Source: Octopus vulgaris (lineage: Eukaryota). From it: 64,000 bases of DNA. A program made the position numbers and the translations under genes. Under the pieces are notes generated by a model. The model was not told the origin of the DNA. It saw only the letters and a list, made by a program, of their open reading frames with translations, and did no database searches. The stretch spans positions 42,594,001 to 42,658,000 of the forward strand of contig OX597838.1 of the NCBI GenBank assembly GCA_951406725.2, written 5' to 3'. Shown here piece by piece: positions 40,346-54,521 of this stretch (its first letter is position 1; each line of letters begins with the position of its first letter).

Positions 40346-43165
40346 TGATGATGATGATGATGATGTCATTGACTGCCTTAATATGCATGAATGAAGACCA
40401 GCAATTGAAGTAACATTTTGGAAAAGAAACATAAATATAAAAAAGGGAAAAAAACAATAAAACAATAAAAAAAAACAGTCCCCAGAAATTAAGTGTTAAG
40501 TAATCGAGTTGTCAATCAGAAAAGAAAAAAACCTTTCCAAATATAGAAATGAATGAGTAAGAAGGGTGGAATGGTGAGGGTGGGGGTGGGAGGTGAAGTG
40601 GTATGTAAACGGAGGGAGGGGGGAGGAGGAGGAGGAGGTAGTTTGTTTCTAATCAGTTTGGAATTCCTCATACATTCATGGAACAGTAGAGAAGAGCCAC
40701 CGGTAATTTGGAGGAGAGAAAAGCTTGAGATTCCAACAAGGTTTTACTACATCACCCCCCACACCCACCCCACTGTTTCTCTCTCTCCCACTTTCTCTTT
40801 CTTTCTCCCCCCTCCCTCTCTATATCTCCCTTACAATAACAAAACCTAACAACGATGTCCAGCTGTTTCCACGGAAACAGGCCCAAGGAAGCAGGTATGC
40901 CAAGGCCGAAAGAATTGAAGTGTCTCAGAGTGGGGAAACTTTTAGCAGACCAAGAATTTGGTAAATGGGTGGAGAGAGAGAGAGAGAGAGAGTCCACAAG
41001 TGGACAGTGTTGTTGAGCAAAACCAAGTCCAGAATACTGGTTCATTACACCATGACTACCTGTAAGACTGTAATTAATAAATTAATTAGAAATGTATTAA
41101 CTCCACAACATCAATTTGCTTTTAACAAAGTGCCAGTGGCATGAAAAGGGCACCCAGTATGCACTGTACTGTGGCTGGCATTACGAAGGGCACTTAGCCA
41201 TAGAAACCGTGCCAGAGCTGACACTGGAACTTGTGTGGTCAGCTTGCCAGGTATTGTCCAACAATCCAAACCATGCTAGCCTGAAAACAGGCATTAAACA
41301 ATGATGACAGCATTGTATAAAAGTATTCAGCATTTGTGGTGATCTAACAGTGCCACTGAAGGTTTTAGTTCTTTCAGTAACAGAATGAGAATTATACTAA
41401 GAATGACCGAGTTCCTTTGGAAAAGGACGATAGACACCAAGTCACAAATGAAACTGTGAGCTGAATGACTTCCCCCACCCCGACCCATCTAGGTGAACAG
41501 ATTTGTCCAACCTGTGTCAGGATGAGTTGTAGATCGAAGACAGTGACAGAACCAATCGTCTTTCAGGTTAACAACACAAACATTTATTGGATCAACTTTA
41601 ATTCTCACAATGAAGTTAAACTATCCAAAGACAATAGAGTAGGATAAAGATCCTTCCTGGGCCATTCAGACTCAAAGGGCCCATTTCCCAGTTTCTGTTG
41701 CACACCCACCCTTCCTTGATGGAACACTGATCTGTTGCAGGATGACTCATTTTTGCCGGCTGAGTGAACTGGAGCAACATGAAATGAAGTGTTTTGCTCA
41801 AGAACACAACGCGTTGCCCAGTTCAGGGATTGAAACCACAATCTTACAATCACAAGTCCAACACCCAAACCACTAAGCCATGCGCCTCCACCCAACACAT
41901 AATACCAGTCCGACAACCCTCCCAAATATTATGCAATTAGTCAATACACTTTACTCAGTTCATCGACAGCTGTCAGTAGAAGTAAGTAGCAATTTACCCA
42001 GAAACAACACCTGCCAAACATTACATGCAGCTGGCGGGGGGGTGGGGGTGGGGGGGCAGGATTTAGTATTAGTTTTATGCCATGACATCAGAGATAATCC
42101 TCAGCTTTATTAAGCCCTGGCAAGCTTAAAAGACATTTTTAGATTCTCGCTGACAAACTTTAAAAAAAATCAGTGTTAACGAAGAAGGGTTGAGATTAAA
42201 TGGCAAAGAATGGTGGACGGAAATAAATTATGAAAAGGTTAAAAACAGGTTAAAAATAAGGAAGAAAAATAAAACAGGACAGCAACTACAACAGTAGCCT
42301 CAGTACTACCACCACCACTACAACATTCACAAGTGTAGATTTAATAAAGATACTGCATTTGAAGAAGAGAAACAACAATATATTTGACCCAATCATGGAT
42401 TATGTCAGTCCCGCCTGGCTCCCTGGTTTTCGCCAAAACTGACCACTACAAAAGTACATAAAATCAAAAGCAGAACAAAGACCACACCCACAGACCAATT
42501 AAATAATCAAACAATAAATAGTCTTTACTACTCTAGGCACAAGGCCCAAAATTTTGGGAGAGGGGAGCAGTCGATTAGATTGACCCCAGTATGCAACTGG
42601 TACTTAATTTATCGACCCCGAAAGGATGAAAGGAAAAGTCGACCTCAGCAGAATTTGAACTCAGAACGTAATGGCAGACAAAATACGGCTACACATTTCG
42701 CCCGGTGTGCTAACCTTTCTGCCAGCTCGCTGCCTTTAGAAAAACGATTCTGCCAGCCTTGAAACAAAAATAGTCTAAAATATTAATGGCTGTCATGTGA
42801 GGGTTCCAAGCTTGTTACTCACAGGCCCTTGTGTCATATGAAAGAGGGTGCAAAAAATCACTTCCAAATATATACAGCCACATAAATAACTGCCCCAGAA
42901 CACAACTAAAATTCCAAATTCCAGATAAATGAAAAAAAAAAGAAAAACACAAAGATGGAAATAGTTGCAACATTAGGTAGAGTCATGGCTGTGTGGTGAA
43001 GAAGTTTGCTTCCCAGTCATGGTGTCTTGGGTTCAATCCCATTGCAAGACACCTTGGACAAGTGTCCTCTATTAGAGCCTCAGAGCAACCAAACTCTTGG
43101 GAGTGGATTTGGTAGAAGGAAACAAAGAAAATCATTGTATATGTGGGTGTGTATATATATATACA

Positions 43166-43198
<33 letters not shown>

Positions 43199-44566
43199 TT
43201 ACACACACACACACACACACACGCATAGGTATGTATGTATACATGTGTGTGTGTGTCTCCTTGTCTAGACATTATGTGATTGTTGTAAACAAGCATCCCT
43301 GTCATAGCAGTGGTGTTGCTTGCTTCCAGTGTTGCATGAGGAACATGCCTGGCCATGGAGAGAAATCCTACCTTGTTTGGAAACAGGGTTAGGGTTGGCA
43401 ACACTAAGGGTATCCACCTCAGTAAGCTCTGTCTGACCCAAGCAAGCAGGGGGACACGGGTGTGAAATGATGATGATGATGATGACTAATAGCTTCGAAG
43501 GGGCTAATTAGGCAATTAATTACAGAAGTATTACATTCTGACCAAGTTCACTTTGCTCCCCTCCCCCTCACTAAAATGCGGGTGGACAGAAATAGATTGG
43601 ACAGTTAAGGTGCAGAGAATGCAAGACGTCAACACCATTATGCTGCACCTTCCGATTCCACGCTGCACATTTGGTGTGAGTTGTCTGAAGCTTAGCAAAG
43701 TGGAGACACAACAGGAATAGAAACCGATGAGTCGAGTGGAGTTGGTCGTTTCAATGCTTCAGTGCCATGGGTTCTGGTTGATAAGAAATTGACCTAGGGG
43801 CAACACAACCATAACAACTCCACTACCGCCACCACCACCACCACCACCACAGCCATTCTAACCATCAGAGTTTTATATTAGGTTGTTTTTAATTCTTATT
43901 TTATTTTAATATTTATTTATTTATTTAATTATCAGCTTATAACACCACAGAAAACAAAACAAAACCCAAATCAAAATTTTTATAAAAATCCAAGTAAAAA
44001 CAGCTACAACCCCCCCCCCCCAAAAAAAACAATTGCTTTCATCACTTTCTAATATCATCAGTGCTGATAAAGTAGCTTAATGCTTAACGAGAACTAATCA
44101 ATAGGTTGGTACAAATTAAACAGAGGATTAGGCTGCTGTCGTTTCTTAAAGCTTCCTGGTGTTGTCAGCAGATTGACCTGATGTCGATAGGAAACAATTC
44201 CAGCATCTCTTGAAAAAAATTGATGAAGGAAAACTTTTCTCTTTCTCAGAACCTGGCAGAAAGGAGGACTTGAACCCAGGACGACAAATTGATGAATCAA
44301 CTGTTATTGTTGTTCTCCAGTTTGTTTCATGCTCGATCTTTCAGAGAGAAAAATAGACAGGGAAGTCGGTGGAGGGGACGGCTTCATTAAAATCACTTCT
44401 AACTGCTTATTGTAGCACCTGAACTAACAAGATATTTATTTACCTGGCAATACAGGTATGGTTGCTTCCCAACCACATGGTTTTGGGTTCAGTCCCACAA
44501 TGTGGAAGCTTGCTTGGCGGGGAAGGGAATTCTCTGGATGATATTTACCACCACTCTCATACAGAT

Positions 44567-44602
<36 letters not shown>

Positions 44603-44636
44603 GTTTAGCGTCCGTTTGATGGCAATATCTATCTAG

Positions 44637-44681
<45 letters not shown>

Positions 44682-47600
44682 CGCACGGGGATGTGCATGG
44701 CTTAGTGGTTACGGTGTTGCACTCCTGATCGCAAGTGGGTTCGATTCCCAGACTGGAAATTCATTTTCCATGTTGCTCTGCAATCATTTTGTCACCTGAC
44801 ATGTGCCACACGGTGCACCTGTACAGGTAATGTCAATTTGATAGAGGGAGTGAGCTCATGTGAACACAATTGCCGAACCCTCATACGTCGTCTAAAAACG
44901 GGAGAGTCCGTGACATACATATTGTGAATGAAAAGATTTTTCTCATGCCTTTTGATGGTGTACACACTGGCCGGGGGCGCGAGGTGGGGAGCAGTAGGGA
45001 CAGTTTGCACCAGGCACATTTAAGTCCACTGTAGGCAAAATGTGTTTTATGTGGGTGGCAAACAGAAGGGCCACCCCGGGTGGCACACACTCTAGCTACA
45101 CTGGTGGGTGTACATTAGGTATGGAGTTTAATACATTCGTGTTGCCTTGATTCTTTCATTATAATCTTTTTAACAAAACATAATTCAGATTCATCATCAA
45201 TATTAATTACGATTATGTAAATAGTACAACATAATTACATGGGATCCATTTTGTCAGGCAAAAGTGAAAGGTAAACCAACCCACTTGGGTCCCTAAACCC
45301 GCTTTAATTTGATTTTATGTATGAATATGTGAAATTAAATTGGAATCTGGTGCAGGTCCCAAGCTTAGCAGTTTCAGTTAAACTGTCCAACCCATGCCAG
45401 CATGCAAAACAAACACTAAATGATGATGATGATGATGTGTGTGTGTGTAATAATTTTTCACAAATGTAGATCTCAAAGCAGATAAAGCTATTAATAAAAG
45501 CTGCGCTTGCGAAGGCCTGTTAAGTGAAGTCATTGTTGTGGCCGATGACAGTACTGCCTGATTGGCACCCGTGCTGGTGGCATGTAAAAAAGCACCATTT
45601 GAGCGTGGTCAATGCCAGTGCCACCTGACTTGTCCTCATGCCGGTGACACATAAAAAGCACCCACTATACTCTCAGAGTGGTTGGCATTAAGAAGGGCAT
45701 CCAGATGTAGAAACCCTGCCAGATCAGATAGGAGCCTGGTGCAGCCTTCTGACTTGCCAGCCCTCAGTCAAACCGTCCAACCCATGCCAGCATGGAAAGC
45801 AGATGTTAAACGATGATGATGATGTAAATATTGTTTAAAAAACCCTTTAAATAGAAAAAAAAATCAAAGGCAACAATACACACACACATATATACATATA
45901 TGTATATATTGTATGTTCTGACCAGCCAAGTCATCATCGGAGTGTTTGAAGATGGCTTGGCTCGTTAAAACTTTGAAATCAAGTCCCTGTAATTACTGTT
46001 TTCGTTAAATGATAATTTGTTCTCTCCCAAAATTTACTGAGTTATTCTCCAGTTTAATGTAAAACTGTTTTTATTACAGCATAAAAACAAACATTAATAT
46101 ATGTTGTGTGTGTGTGTGTGTATGAATATATATAATATACATACATGACATATATATTGTTGTATTTCAGGTTGATCATTTGTTTTTTCTTCTTTTTTTT
46201 TGGCCAAATAAACACATGCGCTATATATTTCTTTTTCCTCACTCATTTATTACTGTTCTTATTTCCTTATTTTAACTCCTGTCCATTGTCCGGAAATCTC
46301 TTGTCACACACCTGTGACCTCTTCAGCAACACAAACAAATTTCCTTTTATTCTTTTACTTGTTTCAGTCATTTGACTGTAGCCATGCTGGAGCACCGCCT
46401 TTAGTCGAACAAACTGACCCCGGGACTTATTCTTTGTAAGCCTAGTACTTATTCTATCAGTCTCTTTTGCCAAACTGCTAAGTTATGGGGACACAAACAC
46501 ACCAGCATTGGTTGTCAAGCGATGTTGGGGAGACAAACATATACACACGCATACATACATATATATATACGACAAGCTTCTTTCAGTTTCCGTCTACCAA
46601 ATCCACTCACAAGACTTTGGTCGGCCTGAAGCTATAGTAGAAGACACTTGCCTAAGGTACCACACAGTGGGACTGAACCTGGAACCATGTGGTTGGTAAG
46701 CAAGCTACTTACCACGAAGCCACTCCTGCACCCATAATATATATATATCATAACAAGATGTGGAAGTGCTGTGTTTTGGTCTTCTTGCTGCAGAGGAGAA
46801 CATTGTTCCCATCAGTTGCTATCATTTCATTGTAATGGCAGCAAAATTGAGTGAAAGTGAGACTGGAGGGTGGAAGTGACAGAGAAGAGAAAAGGAGTTT
46901 TGTTGAAGCTTGTTTTGGTCGGACTGCAGACTGGCTCACATCCAACGAACCAAAATTAGACACAAATACAACCAAAGTGCTCTTTTCTGGTTTGCATCAG
47001 AAAACACAAAGCAAATGTCTACAATGGACATATTTGGATCTCGTCTACGTTGAAGGATGATGTTTGCAGGGTCCCTGAAGTTGGATGCGTGCACCCCGTC
47101 CCCTTCTCCTTGCTTGCTTTGGGTTGGACATAGTTCACTGATGCACAGTTTCTATGGCAACACATTTAGAAACAAATGACGCAGCTTATATGACAGGGAC
47201 ACTCATTTACTCCTATTCTGTGAGGTCAAGTCAAGGAGACACCCCACACCATGTATGTATGTGTGTGTATAATAATAATATGAGGGAATATTATTCCAAA
47301 CTTACAGGGAAATTCAATTTAGAAATACTAAATCAAATTTCACAAAATATAATATATATATATAAATTAGAAAAAAAACACCTTTTATCAATTCAAAATT
47401 AAATTACACCATCTAGAAAATTACATATAATAGAAAGATTTTAAAAGATTATTTACGTATATTTATTAATTAATTATTTTATTATTGTAATTATCTTTAA
47501 CCTGATGAGTGGCTATATTTATAGTGAAGTGATTTTACTACTAATATTTTTACTATAATCATTTCTTAAATATAGCCATGAAACACGTGTCGTTATTCTA

Positions 47601-47751
47601 CCAAATATATACGTTTTATTTATTATTTTGCACATTACTTAATCATCGTTATATTTTTTATCTTATATTTAATCTTTCTATTATATGTAATTTTCTAGAT
47701 GGTGTAATTCAATTTTTCATTTTGAATTGATAAAAGGTGTTTTTTTTTCTA

Positions 47752-47789
<38 letters not shown>

Positions 47790-50097
47790 ATTGGTGGTTA
47801 CAACAGTGAGTGTCCCAGTTAATCCGATCAATGAAACAGCCTGCTCATGAAATATTAATGTGCAGGTGGCTGAGTACTCCACAGACATGCATATCCTTAA
47901 TGTAGCTTTCAGAGAGATTCAGTATGTATAACCCATTTTGCCAACTGAGGGATTGGAGCAACAGGAAATAAAGTGTCTTGCTCAAGAACACAACTCACAG
48001 CCAGGAATCAAAGCCACAACCTCATGATTGTGAGCTGGACACGCTAACCACTAAGCCACACACACAGAGTTTATATCAACCAAATCCACTAACAAAGCTT
48101 TGGTTGTCCTGGGGCTTTACCAAGGTGCAACACAGCTATGGTTTATGAAGCGGATGTCTGAACCAAACAGCCATGCCTGTGTCTCTGTTTGCAGACTTTA
48201 TCAGGATCAAGAAATTTGTGAATGAACAAAATACAAAAAGTGATTCTCTTGACTTTGGTCCAGTTTACAGGAATGACAGCCTGGGTGAAATTATTAAAAC
48301 AGTTGAAAAATCTCCCAAATTATTCAAAACAGCAGCATTTGGTTTGATTAAATGTTGATTTGATCACATCAGATCAGCATTCATTGGACTTCATTGGGTA
48401 TTGATCACTTTAACCCATTAGCATTTAAACCAGCCAAAATATTCGACCACCACGTACTTTGTGTGCCCTTAACTGAGAGTCTACTGCTTTGCAAACATTA
48501 GGGCCAGGCCTCCATTTTGAGGCCCCATCACCACCAAACTCAGAGACCCTGTAAAGGGTCATGGCTACTACCTTTCCTTCTGGCCAAAATTACTCTGTCT
48601 GTGGCTCCACATCAAAATCTTTCATAAACTCAATAAGTTTAGCCATACCAGCCTTAACCTCACAAAATAATAATAATAATGATCTTTTCTACTAAGGTAC
48701 AGTTCAATTGGTCCTTATTTCATTGACCTCGAAAGGATGAAAGGCAAAGCTGACCTCGGCAGGATTTGAACTCTGAATGTAAAGAGCTGAAAGAAATGCC
48801 ACTAAGCATTTTGACCAGTGTGATAATGATTCTGTTTGCTTACTGCCTTAAATAGTAACAATAATAATAACAAAAACAAAAATGTTTATCAGCTATTGAT
48901 TTTGAAGTAACAAAAATATGTATTTATTCTCACATACCAGAATTTTTATATACTCTTAAACTTTTAATTTTATTTTAATGTAAATAAAAAAATATCAGTT
49001 TGGAGCAACAGAGATCAGACAGCAATTAGAAGATGGCTACACTATATTAGTGAAATAACTTAGAGCAACTTGGAATGCTGTTAGTCAATGTATCTGAAGA
49101 ATGTGCCACAGCTATAATAACTCTGCTTGAATTTACCTTCAACTATACTTATGTAATGTTTCTTTTCAATTGTCTGATTTGGCAGGGCTGAAGTAAGACC
49201 AGCTTCATAAACAACAGGTTTTTATATATTGTTGCTGGCATTCAGGGAAAGTGTTTGTCTTCCGAAATAATCAACCTGAATTGTCGTGTTTTATTAGCCA
49301 GGTGGATACGCCAACTCACGATATACATAAACACACCCATTCATACACACAAATGCATCAATCCACATGCGTACACATTCGTAAATACATGCATACACAT
49401 CCACACCTACATGCATAAACACACATACATACACAAACACTGGGAAATGCTTCAAGACTTTCTTTATTATACTGAGAAAGAGGAGGAGTGAGCCAGAAGA
49501 ACTCTTAGAGTCTTGGATTGGGTGGATTGAGTGGAGGGGATATTGGAAGGCTCACTCTTCAAGAACTGTTATAGTAAGGAACTTTGCTATCCAAATATCT
49601 TTTCCTTAGATGAAGAATTGACAGAGGTCTTTTTGCTGATATCAGAGATAAACAAAACGGGTGTGGGTGCAACAAGAGAGTTTATTAAGATATGTGATTT
49701 AATTTATATCTAATTTAATGCTTTGAATTATGAGAGGGTTTGTAACTACTCTCAAAGTTCTAGATTTAGTGATGCAGCTAAGCAGTCAACAATATTTGAA
49801 ATAGTAGCAACCGTAGTCCTCGGTTGTTGAGGGTGACAATGGAGTTTTTTTTTCTAAAAGTATTTGGGGCATGATGTCTGCCCACAAAGATTTATGAATT
49901 CATAAGCAACATGAATGAAAGAGTCAGTCCACGAGACATCCACAGACCTATTCAGAAAATATGTGCACAGACTTTCAGGGTATGCAGAGACACACCTAAA
50001 GACTGGATTACAAGGAAAATAATAAATGTAATAAAAGTATTTTTCATATTGTTACACACAATAGCCATGCACAAACACAAACTCATTAATATATACA

Positions 50098-50143
<46 letters not shown>

Positions 50144-50291
50144 TACAAATGTATATAGAACACACATCTCACAAACACATGATGTGAATCCCACCCAAAC
50201 TAGTATAAAATATGACACAATGGAATAAGACGGATGTGGGTATTTAAGTAAATATTCTTAACTACATATTCACATAACTACATATAAGCAA

Positions 50292-50330
<39 letters not shown>

Positions 50331-53300
50331 CATATATCAACAAGAAATACACACACATTCCTCATGAAAGGCATTTGAATGCCGTAACCATTCAACCAAG
50401 ACATGCCATGCAATGACAAATACAGCAAAATATTTTCTTTTACATATTTGATAAAATATGATTTTTAAGAATGAAACTATTTCTATACACACACACACAC
50501 ACACACAAGTACACGTGTATACACATAAACACACACACACACACACAAGTACACGTGTATACACATAAACACACACACACACACACACAAGTACACGTGT
50601 ATACACATAAACACACACACACACACACACAAGTACACGTGTATACACATAAACACACACACACACACAAACAAGTACACGTGTATACACATAAACACAC
50701 ACACACACACACACACAAGTACACGTGTATACACATAAACACACACACACACACTTGTATATTTACACATACATGTATTTGTATGTACACACACACATAT
50801 TTGTATACACATGCACACACACTCCCACAGATATGTTGAAATACACAAACGAATATGCTGCTACATGTGTTTCTATAAATGTTGAACTGTCAAAAGTTTT
50901 GTTGGCTTTTCTTTTATTTCAAACATGTAAAAAATTTCAATAAATTAACCAGAAACGAATACTGCAAACCTAACAAAATTTCCATCATTGTTAAATGTTA
51001 GAAAAGCAGCTGAAATAAGTTCAAAGTCATTTCTTCCTACATCTTTTTAGATTGGTCATCTATTAACTCATAAATATAGTTTATATACACAACTGCTGCA
51101 TTATATACAACCCTTTATATACACAACTTTCAGCAGCAGGCATTTCTGTGTGGTTAAGAAGTTAGCTTCCAGGTTCAGTCCCACTGCATGGCACCTTGTG
51201 TCCTGGGCCAACTGATGCCTTCTCAGTGGATATGTCTACATATCTCCATATGTACATACAAAACTCTCCACATATATCTACACACGTATATATGTCTGTG
51301 CGTGTTACTGTTTCCCTGTCTTGACAGCATTAGACAGCTGTAAACGAGTGACACCATCACACAAGTGGTGTCGTTCGTTTCCAGTCTTCTTTGCAAAACA
51401 TGTTTGGCCATGAGATAAATATTTACCTTGTTTGGAAACAGGTGAAGGTTGGTGACAGAAAGAGCATCCAGCCATAGAAAACCTCATCATCATCATTTAG
51501 CGTCCGCTTTCCATACTAGCATGCGTTGGACGGTTCGACCAGGATCTGGGAAGCCAGAAGGCTGCACCAGGCTCCAATCTGATCTGGCAGTGTTTCTACA
51601 GCTTGATGCCCTTCCTAACGTCAACCACTCCGTAAGTGTAGTGGGTGCTTTTTACTTGCCACCGGCACAGGGATCACAACTACAATTTCCATTGATTTTT
51701 GATGTTGGTGTACTTGACTCAAGCACACGGTCGAAACGGTGTTTCTTAACTTGCCACCTGCACAGAAGTTAGTCCAGCGGCACTGGCAACTGCCAGGTGC
51801 CTCCATCTGACCCAAGCAGGCATAGAAAAGTCGATGTTAAACCAATGAACATGATGAACTACCTCACAACAAATTACACACACAACTGCTACACTTTGCA
51901 AAATTTCACTGTGATACACAATCAACATAACTCCATGACAAAGGTTTGTTTTTAATCAAGCAACCCAAGCAGGCATTGACCAAAATGGCTCACCAACTTT
52001 ACATCAACTGCTTCAACCAGTTTACAGTGTTGATTCATTCAGTTGCCTGCACGTGGCAACGGTCTTCGTACTAAATGAGGTCAGTTCTCAATGCGAGACA
52101 ACATTCAGCATATATTTATGCGAACTGCTTTAGTGCAAGTGTTGTTTATTTACCTGGGCAGGTAAATACTGTGCAGGACACTCATGCATTATTATTCCTG
52201 AATAAAATCACTCAACAACACAAGTCAAATCATCTTTATGTGTTTACAATCACATGAATTTAAAAACTGACTTTCATGTGATAGGGGTCAAAACAGGGTG
52301 CCACACGCACAGTGGCATGTCACATTGTGGACCGTGGCATCTGGTTTGCTTTACATACTGTGCATCTCTTTGAAGCATTTTGGGGGAGTTGTGGAAAATG
52401 TCGACATCCCTTCACCATGCAGTGAGGAGAGTCCAGCATGGGGCCACCCACGCATTCTATACTTTGGCAGGTCTGAGGCTTCTATCATTTCACAGATTCC
52501 TGAATGTCAATCCCCACCGTCCACACTGCCAAGCATCTGCTAAATGAAACGAGTTCATGACACACAGGTTAATTATATACAAGAACATTTTTTTGTACCG
52601 TTTCACAAATTTTCTCACCGATTTCTGTGTCATTGCCAGCTGATCTGAGCAATTGACCCCACCCGTCCCTTCATTGCATGAAACAACTACACTCGGTTTC
52701 ATTATGGCATTACCGTCTGCATCTTGTTTCCCAGTTTCCTTCATACTTGTAGAATGCATTGTGGATAACATGCAAACGTTTTTCTTATTATTATGCCACA
52801 CTAGAGCAGCAATAATGTTATTACTGGTGCATCACTCTGCTGTTTCTGCCCTTTCAAAGTTTAATCTCGTGACAATCGGGAGGTATGTTTTTCTTGTGTG
52901 TCCCCACAGCCCCAGTCCCACAGGCATTAGCCATCCTTGCCTGCAGCTTCAAGAAGAGGGTCTGGACTGGAAAACCAGTTGTCCGTATAAACATTGTAGC
53001 CTTTGTGAAGCAAGTTTTCATTCAGCAACAACACAACATCAGATGACGTTAGAGTAGATGCTGGAAGATCCAATCTGCCCTGACCAGTGTGGATTTTGTA
53101 ATTCCACGTGTACCCACAGGCTCTGCCAGTTGACTGGCATACTTTATAAACCTTGACTCCAAAGCGGGCGTGTTTGGTTGGGTTGTAATGTTTGAATCAG
53201 ATCCTTCCCTTGAATTTCTTCAAACTCTCGTTCATACAAATGTCCTGTGTGTGAACATACACTGTTCTGAAATTTTCAGCCACTTTGTCAACAGTCGGAC

Positions 53301-54442
53301 ATATTCTGTGCAGCATGTCATCCCGGTTCTCCTCTGAGTTGAAATCAAACATGTAGCACCGTTTCCAGAAAGAAAGGTGTTGATGTGGCTGGATCCCAAT
53401 TCCAATATGACGCCAAGGTCAGTTTCTTCACAATGCCCATCAGTATCAGCAGGGCTAGCAGAACTTTGGTTTTGTCCGCTGTGGTTGGAAACCAATCACT
53501 GCCCCACCCAGGCCTGACATGGTGGGGATGGTTTTCAGCAGAGTCATCCATTTCCTCTGCTATATTTTGGAACATTTCATCCATCCAAAACTTGTGGAAA
53601 ATTTCCAATGGCAAACTTCCATGTTCAAGGTTTGCCTTAATGCCAGGCATAACAGTAAACCCAGGCCATCGGATGAAATTTTCTCTCACTCACTCACATG
53701 AGATTTTGTTGTCCAGAGCCATTCACTGCTGCCCACCTGTACCTCAGATTCCCCAGAATATCATCCTTGCTATCGGAATCATCTGATTCTGAACTAGGAA
53801 AATACTCACTCTCCGAGTCATTGTCTGAACCAGAAGAAACAACTGGTGAGGTGGTGGAGGTTGGTGTAGTTTGGCACGATGGCAGCAAATTTGCCGAAAC
53901 AGGACATCAAAGTTGACGGAGCTGGAGTGGTAGGACACGGCGACTGTAAATTCAATGAAACAGGATGCAACGATGGAGTTGACAGAGCCAGAGTGGCAGG
54001 ACCAACCTATTGGGTTGTAAATATTTATAGGAAACATCTAATCGGCCTATCAATTGGCAGGTGGACTGGTACTAACTCAGGTGACAGGTTCTAAGTCAGA
54101 TAGCATATAATTACGTTGACCGATTTAAAACATTTACATTGCATGTGTAAATTTACCTCAACCGTTTTAAAAGGGTTAAAGTAATTATGTTGAGGGAGGC
54201 TATATTTTGTTGAATTCTTGGCCCTTGATATTCTTGAGCTTGCTAATAAGGGTCACATTGTAAATTTCATCTGTGAAGCTTGCTTCCATACCACAATACA
54301 TCCATTGAGCTTCATAGTTGAAATCTTAACAGCAAAGCGGAGAAAAGAACCTGAAGATCCTTGGCTATTTGAAATAGAGAAGCTTCTGATTCTGTTGTAT
54401 CTGACTTGGTATCATTCTCCAGCAATCCAAACACAAAGCATC

Positions 54443-54521
<79 letters not shown>

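Noticed and set aside
40863-40960. Possible plus-strand exon of a nested antisense gene
   Set aside because: Splice-like signals only; no recognisable homology or partner exons.
44030-44066. CTGATGA...GAAA on the minus strand
   Set aside because: Weak stem II and no stem I or III closure; probably chance.
46295-46332. CTGAAGA plus GTCAC/GTGAC hairpin on the minus strand
   Set aside because: GAAA and the cleavage site are missing; at most a truncated remnant.
50487-50755. CRISPR-like repeat/spacer periodicity
   Set aside because: The spacers are just (AC)n, there are no cas genes, and the context is eukaryotic.
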